64,000 nucleotides of DNA. Origin: a virus (taxonomy: Duplodnaviria > Caudoviricetes). Made by a program: the position numbers and the translations under genes. This document shows positions 18,201-26,710 of the stretch, piece after piece. The notes under the pieces are model-generated. The model saw nothing but the letters and a program-made list of their open reading frames with translations, did no database searches and was not told the origin of the DNA. Location: IMG/VR virus record IMGVR_UViG_2802429321_000001, positions 1-64,000 of that record; one strand, given 5' to 3'. The stretch's first letter is position 1. Every line of letters begins with the position of its first letter.

Positions 18201-19368
18201 CACCAGTCTTGCCGAGGTTCTTCGACACATCGTCCGACCGGATCCCCAACTGCGACAACTCTTGCGTCATCACGTTCGTCGGGTTCGCCAGCGACCGGAT
18301 CGTGTTCGCCAGGTTCTGCGCAGCCTGATCCGCAGAGACACCGTGCGCGGTCATCTCCGCCAGGTCACCCAGCAGATCCTGCAACGGCACGTGTGCCGCA
18401 CCCGCGAGTGGCGCCACAGAGGACATGGCGCCCGACAGCGCCTCGAAGTTGGTTTTGCCCAGTGAGACGGCGGTCACGAGCTTCGAAGTGACATCCGCTG
18501 CCTGCTGAGCCGGCAGGTGATAGTCCGTGAGGATGTCGGTCACCGCGTTCGCGACCGTCCCCAGTTGCGCGTTCTCCTCCTTGGCGCCCTGAGCCGCGGC
18601 CTTCAGCACCACCAAACCGTCAGCGGAGTGATAGCCCGCGGACTCGATGGTGTACATGCCGACAGCGAGCTCGTGCGACGAGATGCCGACCTGGCCGGCC
18701 ATTTCCAGGATCCCGTCACCCACACCCTTGATCGCGTCGGTGCTCTCACCCGCCGACGTGACCAGCCGGGTCAGCTCAGTCTGGTAGTCGGCGGCCTCCT
18801 TCACCGCGACAGCGCCCATCGCCAACCCGACCGCGGTCACTGCAGTCACCAGCGTGGTCGCCGCACCAGCCAGCTTGCTGGTGCTCGCAGCCGACGCCTC
18901 CTGCGTGGCGGCGTTCTTCTCGGTCAAGTCCTTCTGAGTCGCCTCAGCGGCCGTCAGGGCCTCCTGGGCCTTCTGTGACCGACTGGCCTGGATCTCCGAG
19001 TTGCGCTGGGCGGCAGCCAGCTTCTCCTCGGCCGCGATGACCTGAGATGAGTCCGCCGCATACTTGACGCGGGCCTCAGCAAGCTGCTGCTCAGCGATCC
19101 GGACCTTGCCCGCCGCGGTCTCCGCCGCGGCCTGCGACCTGACCATGTTGTTCGACGCGTTCTGCGTCGCCAACACAGCCTGATCCAGCTTCGATTGCAG
19201 GGCTCGGACACCGTCGCTGGACGCTCCAGACAGGGCGTTGCCGAACGTCGAGCCGACTTCCTTTCCGACCTTCTCGACATCACCAATCGTGGAGGAACGC
19301 AGCAGGGAGCCGAAGTTCTTGACGCTGGGGATGATGTCGAGATAGACCCCACCAACAGACTTCGCCAC
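15271..19368 (-). CDS. Tape measure protein with C-terminal lytic transglycosylase
   Basis: 1365 aa, W-periodic repeats, QESGGNP...GLMQVIGPTF. Confidence 0.97.
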   Translation of the reverse strand: MAKSVGGVYLDIIPSVKNFGSLLRSSTIGDVEKVGKEVGSTFGNALSGASSDGVRALQSKLDQAVLATQNASNNMVRSQAAAETAAGKVRIAEQQLAEARVKYAADSSQVIAAEEKLAAAQRNSEIQASRSQKAQEALTAAEATQKDLTEKNAATQEASAASTSKLAGAATTLVTAVTAVGLAMGAVAVKEAADYQTELTRLVTSAGESTDAIKGVGDGILEMAGQVGISSHELAVGMYTIESAGYHSADGLVVLKAAAQGAKEENAQLGTVANAVTDILTDYHLPAQQAADVTSKLVTAVSLGKTNFEALSGAMSSVAPLAGAAHVPLQDLLGDLAEMTAHGVSADQAAQNLANTIRSLANPTNVMTQELSQLGIRSDDVSKNLGKTGVSGALISISDAIMQHMGPEGQVLLQTFNQSKIAAEDAQKMYGALPPSLQKIADQFNTGKISMNEWRQGLKALPADQAALLQQWVTMRNNAEGFSQALKSGSTTAQTYTQALAKATGNATSMNVALMLTGENAKSTLENIDKIAESTDEAGHNVLGWSEIQGNFNQKLDQTKAQLGAFMIAIGEKLLPVATQALDWVGNFVRGLIDMGKWISENSNWIGLIAAVIGGLAAPLLAVKLAMEAWALATKLVALAQAALNLVLNANPIMLIVTGIAALAAGLIYAYTHFEGFRNVVQAVGNFLKDVFLAVWHALGVAIDWVVDHWKIFATALAIIFAPITLIVGLFVLVISHAKQIGDALTTAAQAVGKAFVWLWETILKPVFDGIFLVFRVAAAIVAAFLVEPIVLLVKNVLAPAFVWLYTAIIKPYIDAIGAIVHWVWDNVIKVVIDYIVAGVRLWGAIFTWLYTSIIKPSFDAIGAIFHWVWDNVISPIIGYIQQGIQFLGAVVRWLWDSVIKPYFDAIGQIFNWIWNNVIQPVINYIKAGIQAWGDIFSWLYDHVIKPVGDAISAAVDGIRHGFELAVEGIKTAWNKVMDIVKVPAKFIVDLVYNDAIVPLWNGVAHLFGLGDLNPVKTSAWAGGGVLPGYAPGIDSIPAMLSPGEAVLTPEAVRFLGTDTILGLNAMSGRTGGNQANGIPVHAAGGWLGDAWNALSSGAQAVWHGITDAASWVASLAGDIVGGVTKLFEGAIGKTASTPGGSSEWRTALTDIPGKVVQGAIDKVRSWFAAGNGAQYTAGAGVQQWKGVVDQALTLLGQPLSMEQTVLRRMQQESGGNPSIVNTTDSNWAAGTPSVGLMQVIGPTFGAYAGPYAGTGPFSYGVSTNPLANVYSGLNYALHRYGSLSALNQAGGYDDGGWLQPGITPVINASGRPEPVFSAGQWQTLKSAVASGNAGGEHHYHVTTHDPASVAAEIERRQRSQMLMR

Positions 19369-19387
19369 CCTGCCGCCCCCTCACCGC

Positions 19388-19831
19388 TCACTGAACCTCG
19401 ACCTGGGGGAGTTGTGGCGCGTCACGCCGCAACGCGGCCACGACCCGGGGATCAAGACCACCTGAGGCCATGTTGTGCAGTGCGTCATGCAGGTCCCTGA
19501 CCTGCTGACGCCGCTCCGACACGGTCTCCTCGCCTGGACGTGGGATGGCTTTCGGCTTCATTGACCCGCCGTGGGCGTTGACGTAGTCGGCCCTCGAGAA
19601 CGCCACCGTGTCAGCGATGTAGGCCAGGATGTGCGTCGTCACAGGCCACGGCGAGTCCGACATCGCCAACCTCGTCGCGGACTCCGCAGGCAGTTGCCGC
19701 ACCAACACCACCAGGCGCCTCGACGACAACGTCCCGCGCCACCAGTCGCCGACATCCACCGAGTAGTAGCGGAGAAGATCCGCTTCGATCTCCTCCGGGT
19801 AGCTACTCAGGAGGTGGTAGGCATCTGCAGT
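19388..19831 (-). CDS. Tail assembly chaperone, frameshift extension (GT)
   Basis: -1 frame reads TADAYHLLSSYPEEIEADLLRYYSVDVGDWWRG into ORF 19388-19759. Confidence 0.85.
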   Translation of the reverse strand, partial: TADAYHLLSSYPEEIEADLLRYYSVDVGDWWRGTLSSRRLVVLVRQLPAESATRLAMSDSPWPVTTHILAYIADTVAFSRADYVNAHGGSMKPKAIPRPGEETVSERRQQVRDLHDALHNMASGGLDPRVVAALRRDAPQLPQVEVQ

Positions 19832-20136
19832 TTTGGGTTGGCGGCCAGCTCTTCCTTCATGATGACGAGAGCGAGCTGGACGTCAGTGGACCGGCCGCCG
19901 CCCGCCAGGAGCCGGGCGTGCTGCTCCTCGCCTAGGAGGAGCTTCGCGAGAGCGGATGCCTCGGTGGCGTCCTTCAGGCCGGACTGGGCTTCCTCGTCGA
20001 GCAGCAGCGGGTTCGGGACGAGGATCACGCCTCCGTTGTCGAGCTCCAGTTCGAGGCCCGGCTCCATGCCGAGGGAGTCGAGGGCCTGGTCCCGCATCTC
20101 GGTCAGCTTGAGACGCTTACGGTTTGGGCTGGACAT
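19807..20136 (-). CDS. Tail assembly chaperone (G)
   Basis: Between MTP and TMP; ends past the slippery site. Confidence 0.9.
   Translation of the reverse strand: MSSPNRKRLKLTEMRDQALDSLGMEPGLELELDNGGVILVPNPLLLDEEAQSGLKDATEASALAKLLLGEEQHARLLAGGGRSTDVQLALVIMKEELAANPKLQMPTTS
19831..19837 (-). other. -1 programmed frameshift heptamer CCCAAAA
   Basis: AAC CCA AAA CTG; the -1 frame is open for 24 codons to 19759. Confidence 0.85.
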
Positions 20137-20219
20137 GGGGTGCTCCGTTCTGGCGGCTTGCGGCGGCTATCGAGGCCACGAGTTGGCCGTGGAAGAGGGA
20201 AGAAGAGGTCGGCGGCGAG

Positions 20220-20250
20220 CCCCTCACGCCACATGAAGTGGCGTGAGGGG
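20220..20250 (-). terminator. Hairpin attenuator after the major tail gene
   Basis: Perfect 13-bp stem, 5-nt loop. Confidence 0.7.
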
Positions 20251-20299
20251 TGGGTCTCCGCGCCCGACAGCCGCCAGAGTGCCGGGCGCGGAGGGTCTG

Positions 20300-21256
20300 T
20301 TAGGTCGGCGTCCCGACACCAGTCGACGCGGCACCGTTGCCGTTCGAGTTCACGGCGACAACCGACACGTTGTACGGCTGGCCCGACGTGAGGCCCGTGA
20401 CGGTCTTCGTGGTAGTGCCAGCGGCCACCGTGAACGGCGACCCCGATGCGGACGAGCCGTCGGACACCTTGGTGACGGTGACCGTGTAGGACGTGAGCGC
20501 CGGGGCACCCGAGGGCACCGTCGCCGCGGTCCAGGAGATACCGAGCTGCCCGCTCGCCGGGGTGATGGTGAGCGCACCAACACCGCCTGGGACACCCAGC
20601 GCACGCCAGCCGGGGCCCTCACGGAGCAGCTTGATCGTGTACCCGGCGACAGTGTCCGGGTAAGCCTGGAACGTCAACGGAGTCTGAATCTCTGTCTTCG
20701 CCTGCCAGTCCTGCTTGTCCGGCTTGATCATCAGGGCGCGGGGGTAGATCTTCGCCATGAACTGGATGCCCTGAGAACCCGTGCCGCCCGTAGCCCCATC
20801 CACACCGAGGAACATCAGCGACCGGTACACCATCTGCGGCACCTTCGGCTTCACCACGTTGTAGCCGGTGACGCCCATGCTGCTCGCGCTCGACAGGGGA
20901 AGACCCCAGTACAGGCAGTCCGCGACCGGGCCCGACTGCAGCAGCATCAGCTTCGCCTGCTCGACGTCGTTGGTGACGTCGGTACGCAGCGGCTGCCGTG
21001 ACTGCCACGTATTGGTGTCCGCGGTCGAGTACTGAGGCGTGAACTCCACGCCGTTTTCATCCAGGTAGCCGAGGTCCGTCCACCCGTCGGTGGTCAGCAG
21101 CGTGCTGGACAGCAGACCCGTGGACGGATCGAACGGCGAGTAGTTCGCGAAGTTGTTGCTGCTGCTGTAGTCCTGGATGTACACCGAACCATAGAGCGCC
21201 TTACGGACCTGGCTGCTCTGGCCCGGGAAGATCGAATCCCAGTATGCGCCAGCCAC
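20300..21256 (-). CDS. Major tail protein with C-terminal FN3 domain
   Basis: WTDLGYLDENGV; C-terminal ISWTA...YTVT...GLTSGQPYNVSVVAVN. Confidence 0.92.
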   Translation of the reverse strand: MAGAYWDSIFPGQSSQVRKALYGSVYIQDYSSSNNFANYSPFDPSTGLLSSTLLTTDGWTDLGYLDENGVEFTPQYSTADTNTWQSRQPLRTDVTNDVEQAKLMLLQSGPVADCLYWGLPLSSASSMGVTGYNVVKPKVPQMVYRSLMFLGVDGATGGTGSQGIQFMAKIYPRALMIKPDKQDWQAKTEIQTPLTFQAYPDTVAGYTIKLLREGPGWRALGVPGGVGALTITPASGQLGISWTAATVPSGAPALTSYTVTVTKVSDGSSASGSPFTVAAGTTTKTVTGLTSGQPYNVSVVAVNSNGNGAASTGVGTPT

Positions 21257-21361
21257 TAGAGCCGCCTCCTTGACAGACGGGTAGGCAGCGAAGAGCGCAT
21301 GGCGTTCTTGCTGCGGAAGGGTGTTGTGTGATCGCCCCGGGGCCGGGGTCGTCTAGAGGGG

Positions 21362-21736
21362 TTAGGCCGCGGTGACGCGCGAGTCGATGCGCATCCGCAT
21401 CACGTACCGCTGCAGGTGCTCGTCGTCATAGGACACCCAGGTCGGGCCCATGATGGTCTCGGCATGGTCGATAACCGTCGTGCCAACCGCGGTGTGCCTC
21501 AGGCGCCGCATCAACGCGTGCACCTGTGCCGCGGTGTCGTAGGCGGTGGACCGGGTCGTGTTGAACACGTCGATGTCGATCGTCGCGGCGTCAGTGATGT
21601 AGTCGTCGCTGCCGCCAGTCCGTGTCACGAGCGCGAACGGCAGTGGCGGCGTGTTCGGCATGTCCACGGACACACCCAGCAGCCCGCACTGGCCAGTGAG
21701 GTAGGCGACCAGGACAGCCTCGACGTTGGCGTACAT
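21362..21736 (-). CDS. Tail terminator
   Basis: LPFALVTRTGG, TIDIDVF; gene order. Confidence 0.85.
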   Translation of the reverse strand: MYANVEAVLVAYLTGQCGLLGVSVDMPNTPPLPFALVTRTGGSDDYITDAATIDIDVFNTTRSTAYDTAAQVHALMRRLRHTAVGTTVIDHAETIMGPTWVSYDDEHLQRYVMRMRIDSRVTAA

Positions 21737-22056
21737 CAGGCCCGTCCCTCAAGGAAGTCCATCGTCTTCGCGAGGATCGCCTGCTTCTCGTTGTGCTTCG
21801 ACCCGAACTCGATCCAGTACGCGGTAAAGTCCGTTGCTCGGATCCTGCCCACGACCCGTGTCTTCGACGTGTGCACCTCAGCGGTGATGGAGTCCCGGTA
21901 CTGGCCGGGCGTCGAGTGCTTCGTCGTCCTCGTACCCACTGGAGCGATGGACTTGGCATGCTCGGCGCCCTTTTCCGCCAGCTCCTTCAGGTACGTCACG
22001 AGGCCCGGATGCATGAGGGCCTCGGCCAGGTTCAGGGTGTACGGGTCGTCTGCCAT
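21736..22056 (-). CDS. HK97 gp10-like neck protein
   Basis: APV...GQYRDSI, AYWIEFGS. Confidence 0.8.
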   Translation of the reverse strand: MADDPYTLNLAEALMHPGLVTYLKELAEKGAEHAKSIAPVGTRTTKHSTPGQYRDSITAEVHTSKTRVVGRIRATDFTAYWIEFGSKHNEKQAILAKTMDFLEGRA

Positions 22057-22397
22057 CAGCCGGTCACCCTTCTCGCCGTGAGGATCGTGTGGCTGACCCG
22101 GCCGAACGCGTCGACCCAGGTTTGTGGGGTGCCTTGGATCTCGTACTGCAACCCATCCCACGGGGTTTTGATCGCGTCGATGACCCGAGCACCAGTGCCG
22201 CCGGGGATCCACGCGTTCCACAGGTCCTCGGCGCGGTCCACGTCGTGCACCACGTCCTCATCAGCTGACGCCGGCTGCCACGAACACCCGGACACCGATG
22301 TCTCAACTTCGATGCGTGCGGGGACACCCATGTTGTCCTTGGCGCCATCAGAGCGGGACACGAGGATCAGGGTTTGCTGGCCGAGAGGGACGGTCAC
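22056..22397 (-). CDS. Head-to-tail stopper
   Basis: VSGCSWQP, YEIQGTPQTW. Confidence 0.8.
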   Translation of the reverse strand: MTVPLGQQTLILVSRSDGAKDNMGVPARIEVETSVSGCSWQPASADEDVVHDVDRAEDLWNAWIPGGTGARVIDAIKTPWDGLQYEIQGTPQTWVDAFGRVSHTILTARRVTG

Positions 22398-22406
22398 GGA
22401 ACCCTC

Positions 22407-22982
22407 CTACGCCCAGCCGTACATCGTGTACCTGCCGAGGGTTTTCTGTTCTGTGTCCCACAGGTCACAGGACTTGGCGACCCCGCCGTACACGACCTGC
22501 ACCTCGCCTGTGCGCTGCGACTGAATCTTGTACGGATTCACCAGCAACCGCGCCGCCAGCGCCGTGCACACAGCCTTGATGCCCGCAGGGATCGTCGCGT
22601 AGCCGTGCGTGTAGGTGACCTGGATCGTGTCCAGATCACGAGGCCACTGCGACAAGTCAAACCCTCCACCAGGGATCAGGTAGAGGGTCCCGTTCGGCTT
22701 GACCCGGTACTGGCTCGACGGGATCGTGTTCCAGCCTGTCCCGCCGCGGTCATCGAGCCACTGCATCTGCGCCACAGAGGTCACCGGCAGCTCGGGAAGC
22801 ATCACTGCGAAGCCCGGTAGGGGGTCGAGGGTGACGACGTCGTTCACGACCTGGCTCAACACCTGGCCCGTCGAGTCCTGGATCAGGGCCGTAGCGTTGT
22901 CCAGGGCCTCCTGGGCCTGAGCCGTGACCAGCGTCTGCTGAGTGAAGTTCTCCAGATCAGACACAGACGCAAACGATGTCAC
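22407..22982 (-). CDS. Head-to-tail adaptor
   Basis: FASVSDLE, VTYTHGYATIP, NP motif. Confidence 0.85.
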   Translation of the reverse strand: MTSFASVSDLENFTQQTLVTAQAQEALDNATALIQDSTGQVLSQVVNDVVTLDPLPGFAVMLPELPVTSVAQMQWLDDRGGTGWNTIPSSQYRVKPNGTLYLIPGGGFDLSQWPRDLDTIQVTYTHGYATIPAGIKAVCTALAARLLVNPYKIQSQRTGEVQVVYGGVAKSCDLWDTEQKTLGRYTMYGWA

Positions 22983-22993
22983 CCCCGGCCTCC

Positions 22994-23191
22994 CTACTTC
23001 GTTTCAGCGACTCGGGACGACTTGCGGGGCTTCGGCTTCCCCACAGGCGTGACGACCTTCGTGGTCGGCTCCTCCGGCTGGGATTCGCCGTCCACGTTCT
23101 CGTCGAGCGCCGGGTCACGGGACCCATCATCAGGCGGGTAGTGCCCGTACACCTGAAAGTAGGTGTAGCGGTCGCAGTACTCGGTTGGCAT
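22994..23191 (-). CDS. Small hypothetical head-region protein
   Basis: Short ORF with RBS in the head operon. Confidence 0.55.
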   Translation of the reverse strand: MPTEYCDRYTYFQVYGHYPPDDGSRDPALDENVDGESQPEEPTTKVVTPVGKPKPRKSSRVAETK

Positions 23192-23194
23192 GTT

Positions 23195-23623
23195 TCACCT
23201 TCCCCAGAGGGAGAACGAGACCCCCGTGAACGACGGGGTGGTGCCGGTGAGGCCCCAACGAATCCGGCCCAGCGCGGTGAGCTGGTAGCCGTTGGAGATG
23301 TTGCCCCACACCGTCCCCGACGTGGTCAGGACAGCACCGCTGATCGCGGTCGGGTTCGACACCAGCACCCAGTTCCCGTTGCCGTCTCGGACGTCGAAGA
23401 ACACCGCGAGGCCAGGGGTTGTCCCAGTCGGCGCGTTGGCGACGTTGACGACAAGGAGACCGTTCGACACCTGCGAAATATCGATCGGTCCCGCCACGCC
23501 AGTCACCAGGTTCACCGTGCCCGCGGTCACCGTGTCCGAACCCGCCCCCGTCAGCGTCAACCCCGACGCCCGGAACAGTTCAGCGGTGACCGAGGAACTA
23601 GCGCCCTCGTTGATCGGGCTCAT
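23195..23623 (-). CDS. Putative capsid decoration/structural protein
   Basis: Thr/Gly-rich beta protein directly after MCP. Confidence 0.6.
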   Translation of the reverse strand: MSPINEGASSSVTAELFRASGLTLTGAGSDTVTAGTVNLVTGVAGPIDISQVSNGLLVVNVANAPTGTTPGLAVFFDVRDGNGNWVLVSNPTAISGAVLTTSGTVWGNISNGYQLTALGRIRWGLTGTTPSFTGVSFSLWGR

Positions 23624-23693
23624 CGCGACTCCTGTTCGAGAACCAGGGTGTGGTGCCCGGCATGGCGGTGCCGGGCACCACACCACGAGGGGA

Positions 23694-25094
23694 TCAGGAG
23701 GTCGAGGTCGCCAGCTTCACGAGCTCGAACGCCTGCGGCCTGTACACCGCCAGCGCCAGACGGCTCGTCGCACGGACCGACACCAGGCCCTGCTCGAAGT
23801 CGGTCCCGTTGGTGTTGACCATCTCCACGGTGATGCCCTTGCTGCGGAACAGCTGTGCGTTCTCCTTGAACGAGCCCACCAGGATGTAGCCCTGCGGGAT
23901 CACCGGGGTCACCACAACCCGCTTTCCCCAGAGCGACTCGCCGGCGTTCTGCGGCTGCCCATAGTCCGCCCCGAAGAACGAACCGCCCAGGTACTGGTTC
24001 TGCGAGTCCTTGCCCAGCCGGATCGTCTGCCAGTCATACGGGTTCACCACGAAGGCGTCCGGCTCGCAGAACGCCGCGAACCGGATGTCCGTGAGGGCAC
24101 CGAACAGACCATCAGCGATCTGCACCGCGGTCGCCGGAGTGTTCGGGGTACCCGCCTCACGACCCCACGTGATGGTGGAGACGGTGGCACCGGTCTCGCC
24201 AGCACCCGGGGTGCCGCCAGCGGGGAACGTCAGGCCGCCAGTGATGGTGACACCACCAGCCGAGACACCGGGGGCGACAGTGAACCCGGAGGTGCGGGCC
24301 AGCAGGCCGTTCACGCCCGGGTAGCCGGAGCCGGCGAGGAGCTGCACCTCCTCCTGGCGCTGGACACCGAACACGAGCCGGTTGTTCAGGAACGACACGT
24401 ACTGCGAAGCGTCCTGCAGCATCTCGTCGGTGATCTTGTGGACGTTGGTGACCTTGCCAACCTGCTCCTGAACGCGCGCGATGGCGTCCGTGGAGTACGG
24501 CATCGTCGCGCCTTCACCCGTGGCCGCACTGGAGTTCGTCCACGCAGTCTCCTTCAGGTAGGAGATCACCGGGCTGTCGGTGGCGCCCTGCGCGAACAGG
24601 TCAGCGATCGTCAGCGGAAAAAACCGCTGCTCCACGATGCCCGGCAGGAAGTTCGGCAGGATCGACGGGCCAGCAGTACCAGCCAGGAAGTAGCCCGACA
24701 GAGCCGAACCAGCGGACGTGCCGGACGTCGACTCACCCATCATGTTCGTCGCGCCCTGGGTCTTCAGACCCACCGTGGTCATCGCCGAGTAGCGGCCACC
24801 ACGGGACGCCAGTGCCTTCTGGTAGGCCGGGTCGTTCACGACCTGCTCGCCGAGCGAACGCCGCTCGATGGCAGCACCCTGGTTCTCGGGCTCCTCGGCG
24901 GAGCCGGCGCCAGTCATCAGCGCGCGGGCCCGCTCCAGGTTCTTCAGCTCAGCGCCGATCCGCTCGGACTCGGCCTGCAGCTTGTCCAGCCGCTCACCCT
25001 TCTCGGCCGCGGTCAGGTCAGTACTGTCCATCACGGACTTGACCTCGACACCCAGCTGCCGGGCGGCAGTCTTCAACTCGACTTCGTTAGCCAT
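23694..25094 (-). CDS. Major capsid protein (HK97 fold)
   Basis: Delta-like N-terminus, EGATMP, LLAGSG, RATSRLALAVYRPQAF. Confidence 0.95.
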   Translation of the reverse strand: MANEVELKTAARQLGVEVKSVMDSTDLTAAEKGERLDKLQAESERIGAELKNLERARALMTGAGSAEEPENQGAAIERRSLGEQVVNDPAYQKALASRGGRYSAMTTVGLKTQGATNMMGESTSGTSAGSALSGYFLAGTAGPSILPNFLPGIVEQRFFPLTIADLFAQGATDSPVISYLKETAWTNSSAATGEGATMPYSTDAIARVQEQVGKVTNVHKITDEMLQDASQYVSFLNNRLVFGVQRQEEVQLLAGSGYPGVNGLLARTSGFTVAPGVSAGGVTITGGLTFPAGGTPGAGETGATVSTITWGREAGTPNTPATAVQIADGLFGALTDIRFAAFCEPDAFVVNPYDWQTIRLGKDSQNQYLGGSFFGADYGQPQNAGESLWGKRVVVTPVIPQGYILVGSFKENAQLFRSKGITVEMVNTNGTDFEQGLVSVRATSRLALAVYRPQAFELVKLATSTS

Positions 25095-25174
25095 TACAGC
25101 CATCCCTTTCGCGTGTTGTTGAGGTGCCCGGCCAGAGCTGGCGGCGAAAGGGACGTCGCCGGACACCCGATGAG

Positions 25175-26710
25175 TCACTGCAGGGCGTGCGCCTGCACTT
25201 CGATCTGCAATGCACGAGCCCGGAGCGCGACCTCATCGGCGGACACGGCAGCGGCGGACTTGACGTCGGCGGCTGCGGGATCGGCGGACTTGGCGTCGTC
25301 CTTGGGGCTATCCCCAGCCAGCTCCACGAGAGAGTCCGGCGGGTCTTCCTTCAACTGGCCGTACAAGGCGATCAGCGTCTTCGCCGCGGCCTTCTTCTCG
25401 TCGTCGGAGGCGTCTACACCCCCGCGACCACCCGCGAGTGCCGCCGCGGCGGCGTGAACCGCGTTGCGGTTCACGTCCCCGTTCGGCTCCTTCACGGGAA
25501 GCTTGTAGTCGGCCTTGTCCTCTGATGCCTCAGAAGGGCCGATCAGGCACGAGGCCCGGTACTGCTCGAGCGTGAACCGAGACGCGGACCCATCCCAGTC
25601 CTCATCGGAGATCGCCTTGGCGCCCACAGACTTGCCTGTGGCCTGCTCCTGGGTCTGCTCGTCAGGCTCACCAGTGCCCTCAGGGACCACGCTGGTGACG
25701 ATCGTGACGTCCGTGACCTGGTCACCGAGCACGACCTGGTTGCCGTCGTCGGTGAACGTCCGCGACAGGGAGTCCCCGTTGAGGCAGTACACGATGGTCC
25801 CGGACTGGGCGTCCTCGTCGAGGAACGTGGCCTGCAGATAGGTCCAGTTGTCGCCATCCTCCTCGCTGTAGATGTCCGCGAGGACATCGGAGATCCGGGC
25901 CTGAAGATCCTCCACGGAGTTCGACAGGGCCTTCGCAGCCCGCGCAGGCCTTTCCGGCTGGACCCCGGTCTTGGCCGTCTCGGCGGCCTGGCTCAGCTCG
26001 GCAAGGGCAGCGCCAGACAGTGCACCGGCCACCGCGAGCCTCCTGGTCGCAGTGGGCATAGCGAACTTGTCCAAGTCCTGACCGGGGGGCACGTTGATGA
26101 CGACAGCGGACTTGTTCGCGCCGTCCATCGCGCCCGTGTCCGCGTTCACCGCGTCAGCACCAGAGCACGACGCCCCCAAGTCAGCTGCGGCATCGTGGAT
26201 CGCCTGGATCTGCTTCGCGTCCCTCGCCGAGTTCCTGGCCCCAGCCTTCGCCGTCACATCCAGTCCCTTGCTCTCGAGCACGACCGTGTCCCGGTTCGAC
26301 GGGATCGCGACGAACGCGCCGTTCAGCAACTCCCGCTTGACGACGGTCTTCCCGTCCTTCTGCTCCTTGCGGGTCATGAACGTCACCGACGTGTTCCGCA
26401 CATGCCGCTCGTTCACCAGCGTCCGCACGTCCTGGGCCAGCCTCAGGCTCGAGTACGTGCCCCGAACATGCAGGTTCCCGTCATCCTCGATCGTCGGAAC
26501 ACCACTGCCGATGGTCTTCTCCACCGTCATCGCGTGATCGATGTCGAAGTTGATCCAGTCCGGCAGGTCATCCCACTCGTCGTGACGCAGTACCTCCCCG
26601 TCCCGGTCCTTGCTCTGCGCCGAGAGGATGACGTGGAACGAGCCGTTGGGCTGCTCGGCATCGTCATCACCAGGCTCGATGGACGCGACGGCCTTGGTCA
26701 TGATGTTCAT
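25175..26710 (-). CDS. HK97-type prohead protease with long C-terminal extension
   Basis: KDRDGEV, IDH, SVTF, FVAIPSN; about 330 aa acidic extension. Confidence 0.88.
   Translation of the reverse strand: MNIMTKAVASIEPGDDDAEQPNGSFHVILSAQSKDRDGEVLRHDEWDDLPDWINFDIDHAMTVEKTIGSGVPTIEDDGNLHVRGTYSSLRLAQDVRTLVNERHVRNTSVTFMTRKEQKDGKTVVKRELLNGAFVAIPSNRDTVVLESKGLDVTAKAGARNSARDAKQIQAIHDAAADLGASCSGADAVNADTGAMDGANKSAVVINVPPGQDLDKFAMPTATRRLAVAGALSGAALAELSQAAETAKTGVQPERPARAAKALSNSVEDLQARISDVLADIYSEEDGDNWTYLQATFLDEDAQSGTIVYCLNGDSLSRTFTDDGNQVVLGDQVTDVTIVTSVVPEGTGEPDEQTQEQATGKSVGAKAISDEDWDGSASRFTLEQYRASCLIGPSEASEDKADYKLPVKEPNGDVNRNAVHAAAAALAGGRGGVDASDDEKKAAAKTLIALYGQLKEDPPDSLVELAGDSPKDDAKSADPAAADVKSAAAVSADEVALRARALQIEVQAHALQ

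Noticed and set aside
23292-25457. 721-aa plus-strand ORF and similar long antisense ORFs (e.g. 8182-9663, 28757-29932, 36408-37688, 52864-54033)
   Set aside because: Shadow frames of well-supported genes in high-GC DNA; no motifs.
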